The translations under genes were made by a program, and so were the position numbers. The notes beneath the pieces were generated by a model that was given only the letters and a program-made list of their open reading frames with translations, ran no database searches and was not told where the DNA came from. Positions 61,517 to 64,000 of a DNA stretch of 64,000 nt are shown here, piece after piece. This DNA comes from Scenedesmus sp. PABB004 (lineage: Eukaryota): NCBI GenBank assembly GCA_014905635.1, contig JABVCE010000007.1, forward strand, positions 1,240,001 through 1,304,000, read 5' to 3'. Position 1 is the first letter of the stretch, and each line of letters begins with the position of its first letter.

Positions 61517-63892
61517 CTACGCGCGTGTGAAGGCACGCATTATGAAGAAGAGCGAGGCGCTGCCCATGAGGCTGCCGACGGTGATGCAGAGCCCGGTGAC
61601 CGGCCCAAACTCGGCCTCCTTGCCCGGCGGCACGAGCGCGGGCGCGTGCATGCAGAGCGTGCTCAGCAGGTGGCCCTGCGTGAGGCCGAGCAGCGTGATG
61701 AAGGCCAGCGGGTACGCGTCGCTCGGGAACAGCGTCGGCAGCGCCCACGCGGTCGGCGTGACGACGTGGCAGAAGAGGATCGCGCCGAGCAGGCCGAAGC
61801 GCGCGAGCGCGTACGCGAGCAGCGACAGCGCCGGCGGCGGCGCCGCGCCCCAGGGGCCCCAGCTGCTCGCGATGCGGCCGGCGAGGTCGCCGACACCAAA
61901 CACGACAAACGTGATCGGCACGAACAGGTCGCCCGTCACGCGGCCCCAGCGCCCGCCGCCCGACGTCGACGCGCAGGGGCTCGTCGTCGCGGGGTTGTCC
62001 ACGCTGCAGATGAACGCGGTGATGCCCGGCCACACCGCGAGGCTGCAGCCCATCGTGAGCACCATGCAGGCAGCGTAGACGGCAAACGCAAAGCTCCCGC
62101 GCGCCCCGCCGCCGCCGGGCGCGCCCGGCGGCGGGCCCGACGCGATCGCCGCGTCCGCCGCCGCGCTCGCGCGCAGCCCGCCGTCGGCGCCGCCCGCCGC
62201 CGCCCAGCCGGGGGCGCTGCTGAGGTAATAGTCGCGCGCGAGGCCGCCGCCCGCGGCGCCGCGCTCGGCCGCGCTCGCGTGGTAAAAGTCGGCGCCCGCG
62301 GGGCCGCCGCCAAAGTAGGGGCTCGGCGCCCCGCCCGCGTGGGGGTAGGGGTAGCTCGGCAGCGCGTCGGGGTCCTTGCCCGGCGGCAGCAGCGCCGGCG
62401 GCGGCGGCAGCAGCTGCTCCACCAGGTCGCGGTCCGCCGCCGCGACCGCGGCGGCGCGGCCTGCGGACGACGACGCGGACGCGGGCGCGGGCGCGCGGCG
62501 GGGCTGGGCGCGCGGGCGCGCGGGCGCGCGCACCGCGCCGCGGGGCAGGCCGCGCCGCAGGCCGCGGGCGAGTGCTGGTCTGCGGCGCTGCGCGCGGCGC
62601 CGCCGCTCACTCGCGAGGTACGGCCCCAGCTTTGCCCGGCTGTACTTGAGCTTGGTGAGCAGGGAGAAACAGAGGATGCAGAGCCCCGTCATGAGGCTCG
62701 CGGAGCCAAAGTACACAAACGCGGCCGGCGCGACGTCGCCCGCCGTCGGCTGCCCGCCCGCGCCGCTGCTCTTGGCGCTCAGCTGCGACAGCAGCGACAG
62801 CGTCGACGTCGCGCAGCCCGACAGGCCCGCGCCGACGACAAAGCCCTGCGCGCCGGGCGCGGGCGCGTCGGCCGCGCCGCCGCGCCGCCGCCGCGCGCGC
62901 GCGGACGCTGCCGCCGCCGGCGCGTCGCAGGCGCCCCTCCCGGCGTGCGCGGGTCCCCCCGCCGCGCACCTGGATGTATATGGGCGGGAACATGCTCGCC
63001 AGGTTGAGCACGCCGCCCTGCAGCACCGCCATGCTCATGCCCTGCGACGCGCGGCGCGGCGGCGCGGCGGGCGCTCGGCGGCCGCCGCGGGCCGGCGGCG
63101 CGGCGCTCGGCGGCGCGGCGGGCGCTCGGCGGGCGCTCGGCGGCCGCCGCGGGCCGGCGGTGCGGGCGCCGCCGCGGCTCACCAGCACGGCGAGCGCGGG
63201 CAGGGAGTAGTAGGCGACCGACTCGCCGGACAGGTCGAGCTGCAGCGCCTGCGCGCGGCGGCGGCGGCGGCGGCGGCGGCGACGCGGCGAGGTCGGCGCC
63301 GCGCCCCCGCGCGCGCGCTCGGGCGCTGCCGCCCGCTGCGCCCGCTGCCGCGCGCACGGGTGGGCGCGCGCGCCGCCGCCGCGCACCACGCCCGCGGTCG
63401 AGGCGAGCACGATGAAGATGACGACCAGCGGGTTGACGATCTGGCTGCGCAGCGACAGGTTCTGCTGCAGGCAGATCACAAACAGCACCGCCAGCAGGTT
63501 CCTGCGCGCCGCCGGGCGCGCGCGGTGCGGCGTCGCCCGGTCCGGCCGGCGCTGCGCGGCGGCGCGGTGCGCCGGCGGGCCGCGCACTCACGCGCCGTTG
63601 AAGACCAGGCCGAAGAGGGAGAGGAAGTTGTCCGCGATGGCGGGGCTGCTCGGCGGGACGTGGAGGCGGATGTCAAAAAACTCCTTCTCGGTCAGAAACA
63701 CGTTGAGCGGCAGCAGCGTGCCGATGCCGAGCATCACCAGGATGCCGTACACCAGCCCGAACCTGCAGCGCGGCGGGCAGGGCAGCGCTGGGCGCGGCGG
63801 CGGCGGCGCGGGCGGCGGCGCGCGCGCAGCGGCGGCGGCGCGCGGCAGCGGCGGCAGCGCGCGCACCTGTCCTGCACTTGCGGCTGCTTCAT
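61517..63892 (-). CDS. Equilibrative nucleoside transporter (ENT/SLC29)
   Basis: LGIGTLLP.NVF, QGG..LASMFP..YIQ.FVVG.GLSG, WPG, F.VGDLAGR, LGLTQGHL..LCM.AP, G...GS; multiple TM segments. Confidence 0.88.
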
Positions 63893-64000
63893 TGCTCCTG
63901 CCGCCGGCAGCTGCGCCTAGGCAACGGATCCCAGGCCGCGCCACGGCGGCAGGCCCGCGCCCGGGCGGCCGAGGCGCGCGCTGGCAGCAGCGCGCTGCGA

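Noticed and set aside
831..63870. Introner-like mobile introns
   Set aside because: Introns share low-complexity composition, but I saw no family of near-identical intron sequences or terminal repeats.
1..64000. Hundreds of long overlapping Arg/Ala/Pro/Gly-rich ORFs
   Set aside because: Expected from stop-codon scarcity at this GC content; they run through introns or antisense to real exons and show no recognisable motifs.

Overview
Eukaryotic, extremely GC-rich, intron-dense nuclear DNA of a chlorophyte green alga. The organism is inferred from TGTAA poly(A) signals, GTGCG/GTGAG splice donors, codon bias and gene content, and is plausibly Sphaeropleales-like. Most long ORFs in the supplied track are artefacts of stop-poor GC-rich sequence. 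By hand-splicing I resolve 20 intron-containing genes: class I/II aminotransferase, POP5, MET1/DNMT1-type methyltransferase, NASP, cyclophilin, TRM10, SPAG1/RPAP3-like TPR protein, isopropylmalate synthase, PEX12, PCO/ADO thiol dioxygenase, peroxisomal-type SLC25 carrier, DEP-TM-DUF1769 protein, ASPM, RIB72/EFHC1, a tandem-repeat secreted precursor, LSM2, ATP12, FCP1/CPL phosphatase, CTF8 and an equilibrative nucleoside transporter. The standout is a two-exon gene (52087-52882) not captured as one ORF in the track. It encodes a signal peptide plus five 35-aa repeats separated by KR and RSLL/RRNL protease motifs, i.e. a candidate polyprotein releasing five copies of a 30-aa cationic peptide. 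Also notable are an RFTS-less DNMT1-type enzyme with a transit-peptide-like N-terminus and an altered target-recognition loop, at least 24 GC-AG introns, a 9-nt micro-exon, and two homopolymer frameshifts in ASPM. Gene spans include introns, and exon boundaries and family assignments come from reading the sequence, not from database searches.
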